Source: the human T2T-CHM13v2.0 reference genome, Homo sapiens
Length of the DNA: 64,000 nucleotides
Assembly (NCBI RefSeq): GCF_009914755.1
Contig: NC_060926.1
Direction: 5' to 3' (one strand)
Below, one piece after another: positions 1-11,177 of this stretch (its first letter is position 1; every line of letters begins with the position of its first letter). The position numbers and the translations under genes are program-made. The notes beneath the pieces are model-generated. The model was not told the DNA's origin. It searched no databases and worked only from the letters and a program-made list of their open reading frames with translations.

Positions 1-94
1 AGAGCCAGGGTACTAGCATTGTTGAAAAAAATCGTGAGGTTGACCACTTCTGGCCAGAGACAACAGTGAGGAATGTTCCAATGGATTTGGTTTC

Positions 95-545
95 TGTGTT
101 CATTCAAGTCTTCTGAGAAGTAGTCACCAAGATGAGACTAGACCTGCAAGAGATATGTTTGGTGAAAAACCTATGAAGGATAGCAGGGAGGGAGCAGGAG
201 AAGGTAGGGAAAGCACTCAGACTATGATGCAGGTCTCACACTTGTGAAAGAGAGGGGAAACAGAAGAGTTGGGTAGAAAGGGTCTCAGGTTGCAGTGGAG
301 TTTTAAGAAAGTTTTGGCCAGGCTTGAGAAGCTGGGGTGTTCTCAAACCAAAATGGCTAGACACAGGAATTCTGTGTCTAGTGGGAATGGGCTGGGAATA
401 CTACCCTCGTTCCACTCAGTCTTTGGCTGGCAGCTCCCAGTGGAAGATGTGGCCTCAGTGTGAACACAGTAATGGATCTAGAGGAGCAGGAATTGGGGCC
501 ATCAGTCAACTATGCTCCCCACAGCAGGAGATATGTACCACCACA
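95..545 (-). mobile_element. LTR16-family ERVL LTR (3' LTR of a truncated provirus)
   Basis: Reverse complement resembles the recalled LTR16 consensus, with TG...CA ends. A polypurine tract (AAGGGGTGGAC on -) abuts it at 546-556. Confidence 0.75.
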
Positions 546-2400
546 GTCCACCCCTTGCACTGCGAGCATCTACTTCTCCATTCAGGTTTGGGGGAGAATT
601 CCTCCATGGCTCCCATCAGCCTCCCTTCATGAGGGGATCTTAGAGGGAAGTTAGTGGAACACATTATGGTCCCTGTCACTGCAGTTGGTCTCAGGGCTAT
701 AACTGGTATTCATCCCCTTACTCCTCTATTATGAATTCTAAATTCCCTGCCTCCCCCGCCCTCGCTCAGCTACCACCTTGGCATGTGTAATTGCCTTACC
801 TGGTGATATTATCTGAATCTTTATTTCTAAGGTATCTGGGCTTCTGGCAATAATACATTTCTCAGACCAGGTTGCTCTACATGTTTGTTAACCACTATAG
901 TGGGCCAAAGATGTATCAGGAGGTGCCCAGTTGGATCACCTGAGTTGTACACATATTCCTTCCTAGCCCTATTGGTTAAAAGCAGCCCTACCTCCTCCGG
1001 CTGATCATGGTAAATTACCCTGCCAGAAAGGTTATTCTTTTCCTGATCTGCTTGTCCATGGACACAAGGAGTCCAAAGTGCCCTGGTAGAAGTCAGAGCT
1101 TATAGTTTAATGGTAACCTTTCTTTAGCTCCTGAAATGAGAGTTCTCTCTTTGCAGACCAGTACTTCTAAGCTTGTAGAGTTCATAACTGTGGGAAATAT
1201 GAGAACCACCCCCTCTAGTGTATTGTTTGGAAGGATGGTAAGTGGGACCAATCCTGCTTCTACTCCTTGGTTCCCAGTTCCATGTAGTTTTCCTGTTAGG
1301 AATACAGCACCATATGGAAGTTTCTGATTTAATGCACATACTGCATCCTGAAGAATGGTACCCTATCTTTTCAGAGAATTGCCTCTGAGCTGAAGCTTCA
1401 TCTATGTCTTTAGGAGGTTATCCAAGTACTCTCTAAGGCTGGCTGCTTATGCATGTGCTTATGCATAAGATCAGTGGATGCGATGGTCTTGTCAGAGATC
1501 CAGCCTTCTGAGTAGGGTGGTATATGACAAGATCAGTGTATCTTATCCAATGTGTCCAGTCCTGTACTTCCTTCATTTTGAAGTGGTTACCCTGGTTGGA
1601 TGCTATGCTGCACAGGATCCATGCCTGTGGATTAAGGCAGTTCATAAGTCCCTAGATAGCAGAGCTGGCTAAGGCTCTGTAAGCAGCAAAGGCAAATCTA
1701 CACTTGAAATGGGTATCCTTTCCTGTGATGATGAACCAATGGCTTCTCTAGAATGGACGGAGCCCAGTGTAGCCAATTTGCCATGAAGTAGCTGGTTGGT
1801 CTTTATCAAATATAGTACCATGCCAGGGGCTTGGTATTGAAATTCAGAGGCAGAGATAATTACATTGGCCTTGTAAATAGGAGTCTATGCTGATGGACTT
1901 GCCCACAGCCTTTGTACTCACAGGCTGTTTCTGGAGTGGCCAATGAGAAAGAATAGCTAACATCAACCAGGCAAATCATTTTGTGGACTTTGTTGTTCAA
2001 TACTTCTTCAATGGTAGATGCTTTCTGGTGGCAGTTAACATGTAATACAAAAACACATTTTGCGCAACTCCCACATGTCCCACATGCCTCTCCTGACAAC
2101 TTCTTGCATCTTATTTTCTAGTCCTTTTTCTTCCAAGCCCCTACCAATTGGCCAATGTCTAGGAATCTTTATATATTCTCACCTTGGACCACTTCTCCTT
2201 GCATATCAAAAGAATAATCAAGTACACTGTTCTTAGCTGTGCCCAATGGGAAGATTTTTTCCTTTCCACTGTTTCTCAAGGGTACCCCTGAATGTGTCTG
2301 TAATGCAGTCACTGTCCATTTGCAGTCAAATTCTGGTCCTACACCATATGGGTCCTGCAGTCAAGGGCCTCTCTACACCATATGCCCTAACTATGAAATG
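546..2400 (-). mobile_element. Degraded ERVL internal sequence (ERV3-16A3-like pol remnant)
   Basis: Contiguous with the LTR through the PPT. ORF 1860..2099(-) contains FVLHVNCHQKASTIEEVLNNKVHKM, resembling the ERVL RNase H C-terminal motif. Right boundary approximate. Confidence 0.65.
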
Positions 2401-2968
2401 AGCCTGGAAAAAACTTTTCAAATAGATATTTCTCATGCTGTAGCATATAAGTTATGTATTTTCTTTTCTTAGTCTCTTATTTTATATGCATTTGATGCCT
2501 CAAAAACAAGAATTGTATATTCTAATGAATAAACCAAAAATATACATATCTTCTTCCAAGGTGCCAAACTTGACAGTATTCAGGAATATATCTTATTTGC
2601 ATGCACATTTGTGTTTATTCTAAATTAAAAGAAAATAAATGTATACAAGCCCAATCCTTGCTTGCATGAATATCTTTCTCACTAATTGTTTCCTACTGTA
2701 TTTCCACCCAGAAAAGCAGGAAGCTGAAATCATTTACAGTTAGTAAAGCAATACCATTGCCATGCTTTTTATTACACAACAAACCATAATTGGATGATCA
2801 ACAATTTCTGTATGCTTTAGCAACAATCAAGTCCAAAATCTCTTTGTAAAAGCAAAGGATTATTTCTAACACTACATATCTGCTATGGATTCTCTCTACT
2901 GGATATTTAAACTGAAGGAGAACCTCTTTATTGAAACACTGACTTTCTTGTGACAAAAGGGGGAAAGA

Positions 2969-3090
2969 GCCAGGCATAGTGGCACACATCTGTAATCCCA
3001 GCTCCTCAGAAGGCTGAGGTGGGAGGATTGCTTGAACCCAGGAGTTCAAGACCAACCTGGGCAACATAGCAAGATTCCATCTCAAAAAAG
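2969..3090 (+). mobile_element. FLAM (free left Alu monomer)
   Basis: Single ~120-bp Alu monomer with a short A tail. Confidence 0.85.
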
Positions 3091-4491
3091 GGGGGAGAAA
3101 AAGAATAATGGTGCACCCCACAATGGCTCTTAAATCTTCTGTTCAGAAGTGACCTATGTCACTTCTGCTAAAAAATAATTGGAGAATCAAGTCATATGAC
3201 TAATTCTGATATCTTTGGGCAGTAAGTACAATCTTAACAGGCTCTAAGGGAAATATTTGGCAGGGAGTGGCAATATTTTTACCTCAATACAACTTGCCAC
3301 AATTCTCATTTTAAGCATGCATTATGTGCTTAATTGTTCAGATTTCTGGGTTAGATATGTCAAAATAGTTATTTGTCTATATTTTCCCCATGGGAGAATG
3401 TAAAATATAAGAGAAAACATCACCTAAGACAGATAGAGGTTCCGTTCCAAGGCGGCCGAATAGGAACAGCTCTGGTCTACAGCTCCCAGCGTGATCGACA
3501 GAGAAGATGGGTGATTTCTGCATTTCCAACTGAGGTACCTGGTTCATCTCACTGGGACTGGTTGGACAGTGGGTGCAGCCCACAGAGGGCAAGCCAAAGC
3601 AGGGCGGGGCATTGCCTCACCCAGGAAGTGCAAGGGGTTGGGGGATTTCCCTTTCCTAGCCAAGGGAAGCCGTGACAGACGGTACCTGCAAAAATGGGTC
3701 ACTCCTGCCCAAATACTGCACTTTTCCAATGGTCTTAACAAATGGCACACCAGGAGATTATATCCCATGCCTGGCTTGGCAGGTCCCATGCCCAGAGAGC
3801 CTTGCTCACTACTAGCACAGCAGTCTGAGATTGACCTGCAAGGCAGCAGCCTGGCATGGGGCGGGGTGTCTGCCATTGCTGAGGCTTGAGTAGGCAAACA
3901 AAGTAGCTGGGGAAGCTCGAACTGGGTGGAGCCCACCGCAGCTCAGCAAGGCCTGTTGCCTCTGTAGACTCCACATCTGGGGGCAGGGTGTAGCTGAACA
4001 AAAGGTGGCAGAAACTTCTGCAGACTTAAATGTCTCTGGCTGACAGCTCTGAAGAGACCAGTGGTTCTTCCAGCATGGTGTTTGAGCTCGAAGAATGTAC
4101 AGACTGCCTCCTCAAGTGGGTCCCTGACCTCCGTGTAGCCTAACTGGGAGAAACCTCCCAGTAGGGGCTGACTGACACTTCATATAGGCGGATGCCCCTC
4201 TGGGACAAAGCTTCCAGAGGAAGGATCAGGTAGCAATATTTGCTGTTCTGCAATATTTGCTGTTCTGCAGCCTCTGCTGGTGATACCCAGGAAAACAGGG
4301 TCTGGAGTGGACCTCCAGCAAACTCCAACAGACCTGCAGCTGAGGGACCTGACTGTTAGAAGGAAAACTGATAAGCAGAAATGAATAGCATCAACATCAA
4401 CAAAAAGGACATCAACAAAAAGGACATCTACACCAAAACCCCATCTGTAGCTCACCATAATCAAAGACCAAAGGTAGATGAAACCACAAAG

Positions 4492-5510
4492 ATGGCGAGA
4501 AACAAGAGCATAAAAGCTGAAAATTCTAAAGACCAGGGCACCTCTTCTCCTCCAAAGGATTGCAGCTCCTTTCCAGCAATGGAACAAAGCTGGATGGAGA
4601 ATGGCTTTGACAAGTTGACAGAAGTAGGCTTCAGAAGATCGGTAATAACAAACTTTTCTGAGCTAAAGGAGGATGTTCAAACCCATTGCAAGGAACCTAA
4701 AAATCTTGAAAAGAGATTAGATGAATGTCTAACTAGAATAAACAGTGAAGAGAAGACCTTAAATGACCTGATAGAGCTGAAAAACCTGGCACAAGCACTA
4801 TATTACGCATGTACAAGCTTCAATAGCCAATTCGATCAAGTGGAAGAAAGGGTATCAGTGATTGAAGATCAAATTAATGAAAAAAAGTGAGAAGAGAAGT
4901 TTAGAGAAAAAAGAGTAAAAAGACATGAACAAAAGCTCCAAGAAATATGGGACTATGTGAAAAGACCAAATTTACATTTCACTGGTGTCCCTGAAAGTGA
5001 CAGGGAAAATGGAAGTTGGAAGACATTCTTCAGGATATTAGCCAGGAGAAATTCCCCAACCTAGCAAGGCAGGCCAACATTCAAATTCAGGAAATACAGA
5101 GAACACCACAAAGACACTCCTTGAGAAGAGCAAAACCAAGACACACAATTGTCAGATTCAACAAGGTTGAAGTGAAGGAAAAAATATTAAGGGCAGCCAG
5201 AGAGAAAGGTCGGGTTACCCACAAAGGGAAGCCAATCAGACTAACAGTGGATCTCTTGGCAGAAACTCTACAAGCCAGAAGAGAGTGGGGGCCAATATTC
5301 AACATTTTCAAAGAAAAGAATTTTCAACCCAGAATTTCATATCCAGCCAAAGTAAGCCTCATAAGTGAAGGAGAAATAAAATCTTTTACAGACAAGCAAA
5401 TGCTGAGAGATTTTGTCACCACCAGGCCTGCCTTACAAGAGCTCCTGAAGGAAGCACTAAACATGGAAAGAAACAACCGGCACCAGCCACTGCAAAACAT
5501 GCCAAATTGT
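4492..5510 (+). pseudogene. L1 ORF1p (RNA-binding chaperone), disrupted
   Basis: ATG at 4492 (MARNKSIKAENSK). Split into ORFs 4381..4890 and 5016..5579 containing the REKG and ARREW motifs. Confidence 0.9.
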
Positions 5511-5575
5511 AAAGACCATCAATGCTATGAAGAAACTGCATCAACTAACAGGCAAAATTACCAGCTAACATCAAA

Positions 5576-8500
5576 ATGACAGGATCAAATTCACACATGA
5601 CAATATTAACCTAAAATGTAAATGGGCTAAATGCCCCAATTAAAAGACACAGACTGGCAAATTGGATAAAGAGTCAAGACCCATCAGTGTGCTGTATTCA
5701 GGAGACCCATCTCATTGCAGAGACACACATAGGCTCAAAATAAAGGGATGGAGGAAGATTTACCAAGCAAATGGAAAGCAAAAAAAAAGCAGAGGTTGCA
5801 ATGCTAGTCTCTGATAAAACAGACTTTAAGCCAATAAAGATGAAAAGAGACAAAGAAGGCCATTACATAATGGTAAAGAGATCAATTCAACAAGAAGAGC
5901 TAACTATCCTAAATATATATGCACCCAATACAGGAGCACCCAGATTCATAAAGCAAGTCCTTAGAGACCTGCAAAGAGACTTAGACTCCCACACAATGAT
6001 AATGGGAGACTTTAACACCCCACTGTCAATATTATACAGATCAACAAAACAGAAGGTTAAAAAGGATATCCAGGACTTGAACTCAGCTCTGCACCAAGCA
6101 GACCTAATAGACATCTTCAGAACTCTCCACCCCAAATCAACAGAATATACATTCTTCTCAGCACCACATTGCACTTACTGCAAAATTGACCATGTAATTG
6201 GAAGTAAAGCACTCCTCAGCAAATGTAAAAAAACAGAAATCACAACAAACTGTCTCTCAGACCACAGTGCAATCAAATTAGAACTCGGGATATAAGAAAC
6301 TCACTAAAAACCACACAACTACATGGAAACTGAACAACCTGCTCCTAAATGACTACAGGGTAAATAACGAAATGAAGGCAGAAATAAAGATGTTCTTTAA
6401 AACCAAAGAGAACAAAACTACACCATACCAGAATCTCTGGGACACATTTAAAGCAGTGTGTAGAGGGAAATCTATAGCACTAAATACCCACAAGAGAAAG
6501 CAGGAAAGATCTAAAATCAACACCCTAACATCACAATTAAAAGAACTAGAGAAACAAGGGCAAACAAATTCAAAAGCTAGGAGAAGGCAAGAAATAACTA
6601 AGATCAGAGCAGAACAGAAGGAGATAAAGACCCAAAAAAATCCTTCAAAACATCAATGAACCCAGGAGCTGATTTTTTGAAAAGATCAACAAAACTGATA
6701 GACTGCTAACTAGACTAATAAAGAAGAAAAGAGAGAAGAATCAAATAGATGCAATAAAAAATGATAAAGGGGATATCACCACTGATCCCACAGAAATACA
6801 AACTACCATCAGAGAATACTATAAACACCTCTATGCAAATAAAATAGAAAATCTAGAAGAAATGGATAAATTCCTGGACACATACACCCTCCTAAGACTA
6901 AACCAGGAAGAAGTTGAGTTTCTGAATAGACCAATAACAGGCTCTGAAATTGAGGCAATAATTAATAGCCTACCAACCAAAAAAAGTCCAGGATCAGTTG
7001 GATTCACAGCCGAATTCTACCAGAGGTACAAAGAGGAGTTGGTACCATCCCTTCTGAAACTATTCCAATCAATAGAAAAAGAGGGAATCCTCGCTAACTC
7101 ATTTTATGAGGCCAGCATCATCCTGATACCAAAGCCTGGCAGAGACACAGCAAAAAAAGAGAATTTTAGACCAATATCCCTGATGAACATTTATGTGAAA
7201 ATCCTCAATAAAATACTGGCAAACCAAATCCAGCAGCACATCAAAAAGCTTATCCACCATGATCAAGTCAGCTTCATCCCTGGGATGCAAGGCTGTTTCA
7301 ACATACACAAATCAATAAACATAATCCATCATATAAACAGAACCAACAACAAAAACCACATGATTATCTCAATAGATGCAGGAAAGGCCTTTGACCAAAT
7401 TCAATATCCCTTCATGCTAAGAACTCTCAATAAACTAGGTACTGATGGAACATATCTCAAAATAATAAGAGCTACTTATGACAAACCCACAGCCAATATC
7501 ATACTGAATGGGCAAAAGCTGGAAGCATTCCCTTTGAAAACTGGGAGAAGACAAGGATGCCTTCTCTCACCACTCCTATTCAACATAGTGTTGGAAGTTC
7601 TGGCCAGGGCAATCAGGCAAAAGAAAGAAATAAAGGGTATTCGATTAGGAAAAGAGGAAGCCAAATTGTCCCTGTTTGCAGATGACATGATTGTATATCT
7701 AGAAAACTCCATCATCTCAGCCCAAAATCTCCTTAAGCTGATAAGCAACTTCACCAAAGGTTCAGGATACAAAATCAATGTGCAAAAATCATAAGCATGC
7801 CTATACGCCAATAACAGACAAACAGAGAGCCAAATCATGAGTGAACTCCCATTCACAATTGCTTCAAAGAGAATAAAATACCTAGGAATCCAACTTACAA
7901 GGGATGTGAGGGACCTCTTCAAGGAAAACTACAAACCACTGCTCAACAAAATAAAAGAGGACACAAACAAATGGAAGAACATTCCATGGTTATGGATCGC
8001 AAGAATCAATCTCATGAAAATGGCCATACTGCCCAAGGTAATTTGTAGATTCAATGCCATCCCCGTCAAGCTACCAATGGCTTTCTTCACGGAATTGGGA
8101 AAAACGACTTTGAAGTTCATATGGAACCAAAAAAGAGCCCACATCAAGACAATCCTAAGCAAAAAGAACAAAACTGGAGGCATGCTACCTGATTTCAAAC
8201 TATACTACAAGACTACAGTAACCAAAACAGCACGGTACTGGTACCAAAACAGAGATATAGACCAATGGAACAGAACAGAGCCCTCAGAAATAATACCACA
8301 CATCTACAACCATTTGACATTTGACAAATCTGACAAAAACAAGAAATGGGGAAAGGATTACCTATTTAATAAATGGTGCTGGGAAAACTGGTTAGTCATA
8401 TGCAGAAAGCTGAAACTGGATCCCTTCCTTACACCTTATACAAAAATTAATTCAAGATGGTTTAAAGACTTAAATGTTAGACCTAAAACCATAAAAACCC

Positions 8501-9400
8501 TAGAAGAAAACATAGGCAATACCATTCAGGACATAGGCATGGGCAAAGACTTCATGACTAAAACACCAAAAGCAATGGCAACAAAAGCCAAAATTGACAA
8601 ATGGGATGTAATTAAACTAAAGAACTTCTGCACAGCAAAAAAAAAAACTACCATCAGAGTGAACAGGTAACCTACAGAATGTGAGAAATTTTTTGCAATC
8701 TATCCTTCTGACAAAGGGTTAAAATCCAGAATCTACAAAGAACTTAAACAAATTTACAAGAAAAAAACAAACAACCCCATCAAAAAGTGGGTAAAGGATA
8801 TGAACAGACACTTCTTAAAAGAAGACATTTATGCAGCCAACAGACACATGAAAAAATGCTCATCATCACTGATCATCAGAGAAATGCAAATCAACACCAC
8901 AATGAGATACCATCTCACACCAGTTACAATGGCGATCATTAAAAAGTCAGGAAACAACAGATGCTGGAGAGGATCTGGAGAAATAGGAATGCTGTTACAC
9001 TGTTGGTGGGACTGTAAACTATTTCAGCCATTGAGGAAGACAGTGTGGCGATTCCTCAAGGATCGAACTAGAAATACCATTTGACCCAGTGATCCCATTA
9101 CTGGGTATATATCCAAAGGATTATAAATCATTCTACTATAAAGACACATGCACATGTATGTTTATTGCGGCACTATACAGAATAGCAAAGACTTGGAACC
9201 AACCCAAATGTTCATCAATGATAGACTGGATAAAGAAAATGTGGCACATATACACCATGGAATACTATGCAGCCATAAAAAAGGATGAGTTCATGTCCTT
9301 TGCAGGGACATGGATGCCGCTGGAAACCATCATTTTGAGCAAGCTATCACAAGGACAGAAAACCAAACACCGCATGTTCTCACTCATAGGTGGGAATTGA
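5576..9400 (+). pseudogene. L1 ORF2p (endonuclease/reverse transcriptase), disrupted
   Basis: Fragments carry endonuclease motifs (GDFN, SDH), the RT motif FADD and the C-terminus RMFSLIGGN. Multiple stops and frameshifts. Confidence 0.93.
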
Positions 9401-9744
9401 ACAATGAGAACACTTGGACACAAGGTGGGGAACAACACACCCCAGGGCCTGTTGTGGGGTGGGGGGAGGCGGGAGGGATAGCATTAGGAGAAATACCTAA
9501 TGTAAATGACAAGTTAATGGGTGCAGCAAACCAACATGGCACATGTATACATATGTAACAAACCCGCACATTGTGCACATGTACCCTAGAACTTAAAGTA
9601 TATATGTATATAAAAAAAAAGACAGATAGAAAACAGGATGAGAAGAGTGAAGCAGTGTTGGATGTTTCCAGATAGGTATGCAGTATTGTTTTATAACTCA
9701 CATATAGAAGAAGAGTAAATTCTGTGTTTTTCTTTTCTTTTTTT

Positions 9745-10090
9745 CCCCCTCAAGGATGTGACTTCAAAGATTATAGTTTATTGTAACCTTATTTGGCTCT
9801 GAGTGCTTTCAGTGGTGAAGGCTCTGTATGATTTCCTTGGTTATAGGAAGTCTTTCTCAGATGCTGGTTGTATTAATGATGTGCTGAATGTGTAAGCAGG
9901 TTTACTGTATACTGTGGGGTTGGGATGGCAGAGGTCTCATGATGCTTATCTCATTCTCCAGTGGTGTCCTTTTAATTTATTTTTTCCCCAGTATTTTATT
10001 CATTGGTTTGAGCTGTTCAGGTTTTAGGCCAGTAGGAGATGCTCACGGATAAAAGCCAGCTGTGGCTAAAGCAGGTGGTAAATGCAATAC
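9745..10090 (-). mobile_element. Possible older L1 5'-region fragment (L1PB/L1P-type)
   Basis: Resembles recalled antisense L1 5' sequence; subfamily uncertain. Confidence 0.35.
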
Positions 10091-10134
10091 CCAATGGTGG
10101 GCAGAGTTATAGAACATCTTAAAAAAAAAAAAAA

Positions 10135-10320
10135 AAGAGTCATAGGTTTAAACCAGAAGCTAATAGCCATGCCAACTTTGTCAGACTACACCATTTTCTC
10201 CTCTATAAATGGGAATGATAATAATATGAACCCTGCAACGTTTTGTTAAAGTTTAATATAAAAAACATGTAACTAATAGAATGCCTAGCACATAGCTGTT
10301 TAATAAAATTTCCTATTATA
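10135..10320 (+). mobile_element. MIR fragment
   Basis: MIR core-like TTTTCTCCTCTATAAATGGGAATGATAATA and 3' end GCCTAGCACATAG. Confidence 0.6.
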
Positions 10321-10332
10321 CTCTGATTTTAT

Positions 10333-10403
10333 GCAGTTAAACCTTATGAAGCTGCCAACATTTGATCTTTTTAACCTACAAAAATTGTAATTTCAATGTT
10401 TCA
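10333..10403. mobile_element. MADE2 mariner MITE
   Basis: AACCTTATGAAGCTGCC...TTTTTAACCTACAAAAATTGTAATTTCA resembles the ~80-bp palindromic MADE2 consensus. Confidence 0.6.
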
Positions 10404-10504
10404 TGAAAGGAGAACAGGTTAACACTCCCCTATCCGGCCTTTGGACCTAATAGCATACATACAGTTCAGGCATTGCCACCTTGTGGAATCTAACCATCAT
10501 TTTT

Positions 10505-11177
10505 ACAAAGTTCCAGTTAGATCACAGGAATAAGCTTTAGTGATCTATTGCACTGCGTCTTGAACATGGTTAATGATATGGTTTGGATCTTTGTCCCCAC
10601 GCAATCTCATGTTCAACTGTAATCACCAGTGTTGGAGGTGGGGCCTGGAAGGAGGTGATTGGATCAAAGGGGTGGAGTTCTCATTAGTAGATTAGCACTA
10701 TCTCCTCGGTGATGTTCTTGTGATAGTGAGTTATCATGAGATCTGGTTGTTTAAAAGTGTGTAGCACCTCTTCCCTCTCTCTCTTCCTCCTGCTCTAGCC
10801 TTGTGAGATGTCTCACTCCTCCTCTGCCTTCTGCCATGATTGAAAGATCCCTGAGGCCTCACCAGAAGCAGATGCTGCCATGCTTCCTGTACAGCCTGCA
10901 GAACCATAAGCCAATTATTAATCCTCTTTTATTTATAAATTACCCAGTCTCAGGTATTTCTTGATAGTAAAACAAGGATGGACTAACACAGTTAATAACA
11001 ATGTATATTTCAAAATCGCTAGAATGATAGATTTTTAATGTTCTCACCACAAAAAAATGATGTCAGATGATGGCTATGTTAATTAGCTTGACTGAATCTT
11101 TCTATGCTGTGTATACATATATCAAACCATCACATTATACTACATAAATATACACAATTATTTGTCAATTAAAAAAT
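10505..11177 (+). mobile_element. L1MA-type 3' end, interrupted by MSTA
   Basis: TACAAAGTTCCAGTTAGA...GATCTATTGCAC, resuming after the MSTA with TTCTCACCACAAAAAAATG...TTTGTCAATTAAAAA. Confidence 0.8.
10574..10990 (+). mobile_element. MSTA MaLR solo LTR
   Basis: TGATATGGTTTGGATC...GACTAACACA. 5-bp TSD GTTAA at 10569-10573 and 10991-10995. Confidence 0.9.

Larger units (their letters stand above)
3438..9620 (+). mobile_element. Full-length LINE-1, L1PA5/L1PA6-like, inactivated
   Basis: 5'UTR, ORF1, ORF2, 3'UTR and A tail present. 12-bp TSD AAGACAGATAGA at 3426-3437 and 9619-9630. Confidence 0.97.

Noticed and set aside
4234-4270. CAATATTTGCTGTTCTG tandem duplication
   Set aside because: As I recall, this is part of the L1PA6-era 5'UTR consensus, not copy-specific
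3373-4587. Several 60-135 aa ORFs on both strands in the L1 5'UTR
   Set aside because: Expected from GC-rich L1 UTR sequence; no evidence that any is a host gene or an intact ORF0
6862-8670. Long 310-aa and 277-aa ORFs with an RT motif
   Set aside because: Broken pieces of L1 ORF2; the element is not retrotransposition-competent and this is not a novel RT system
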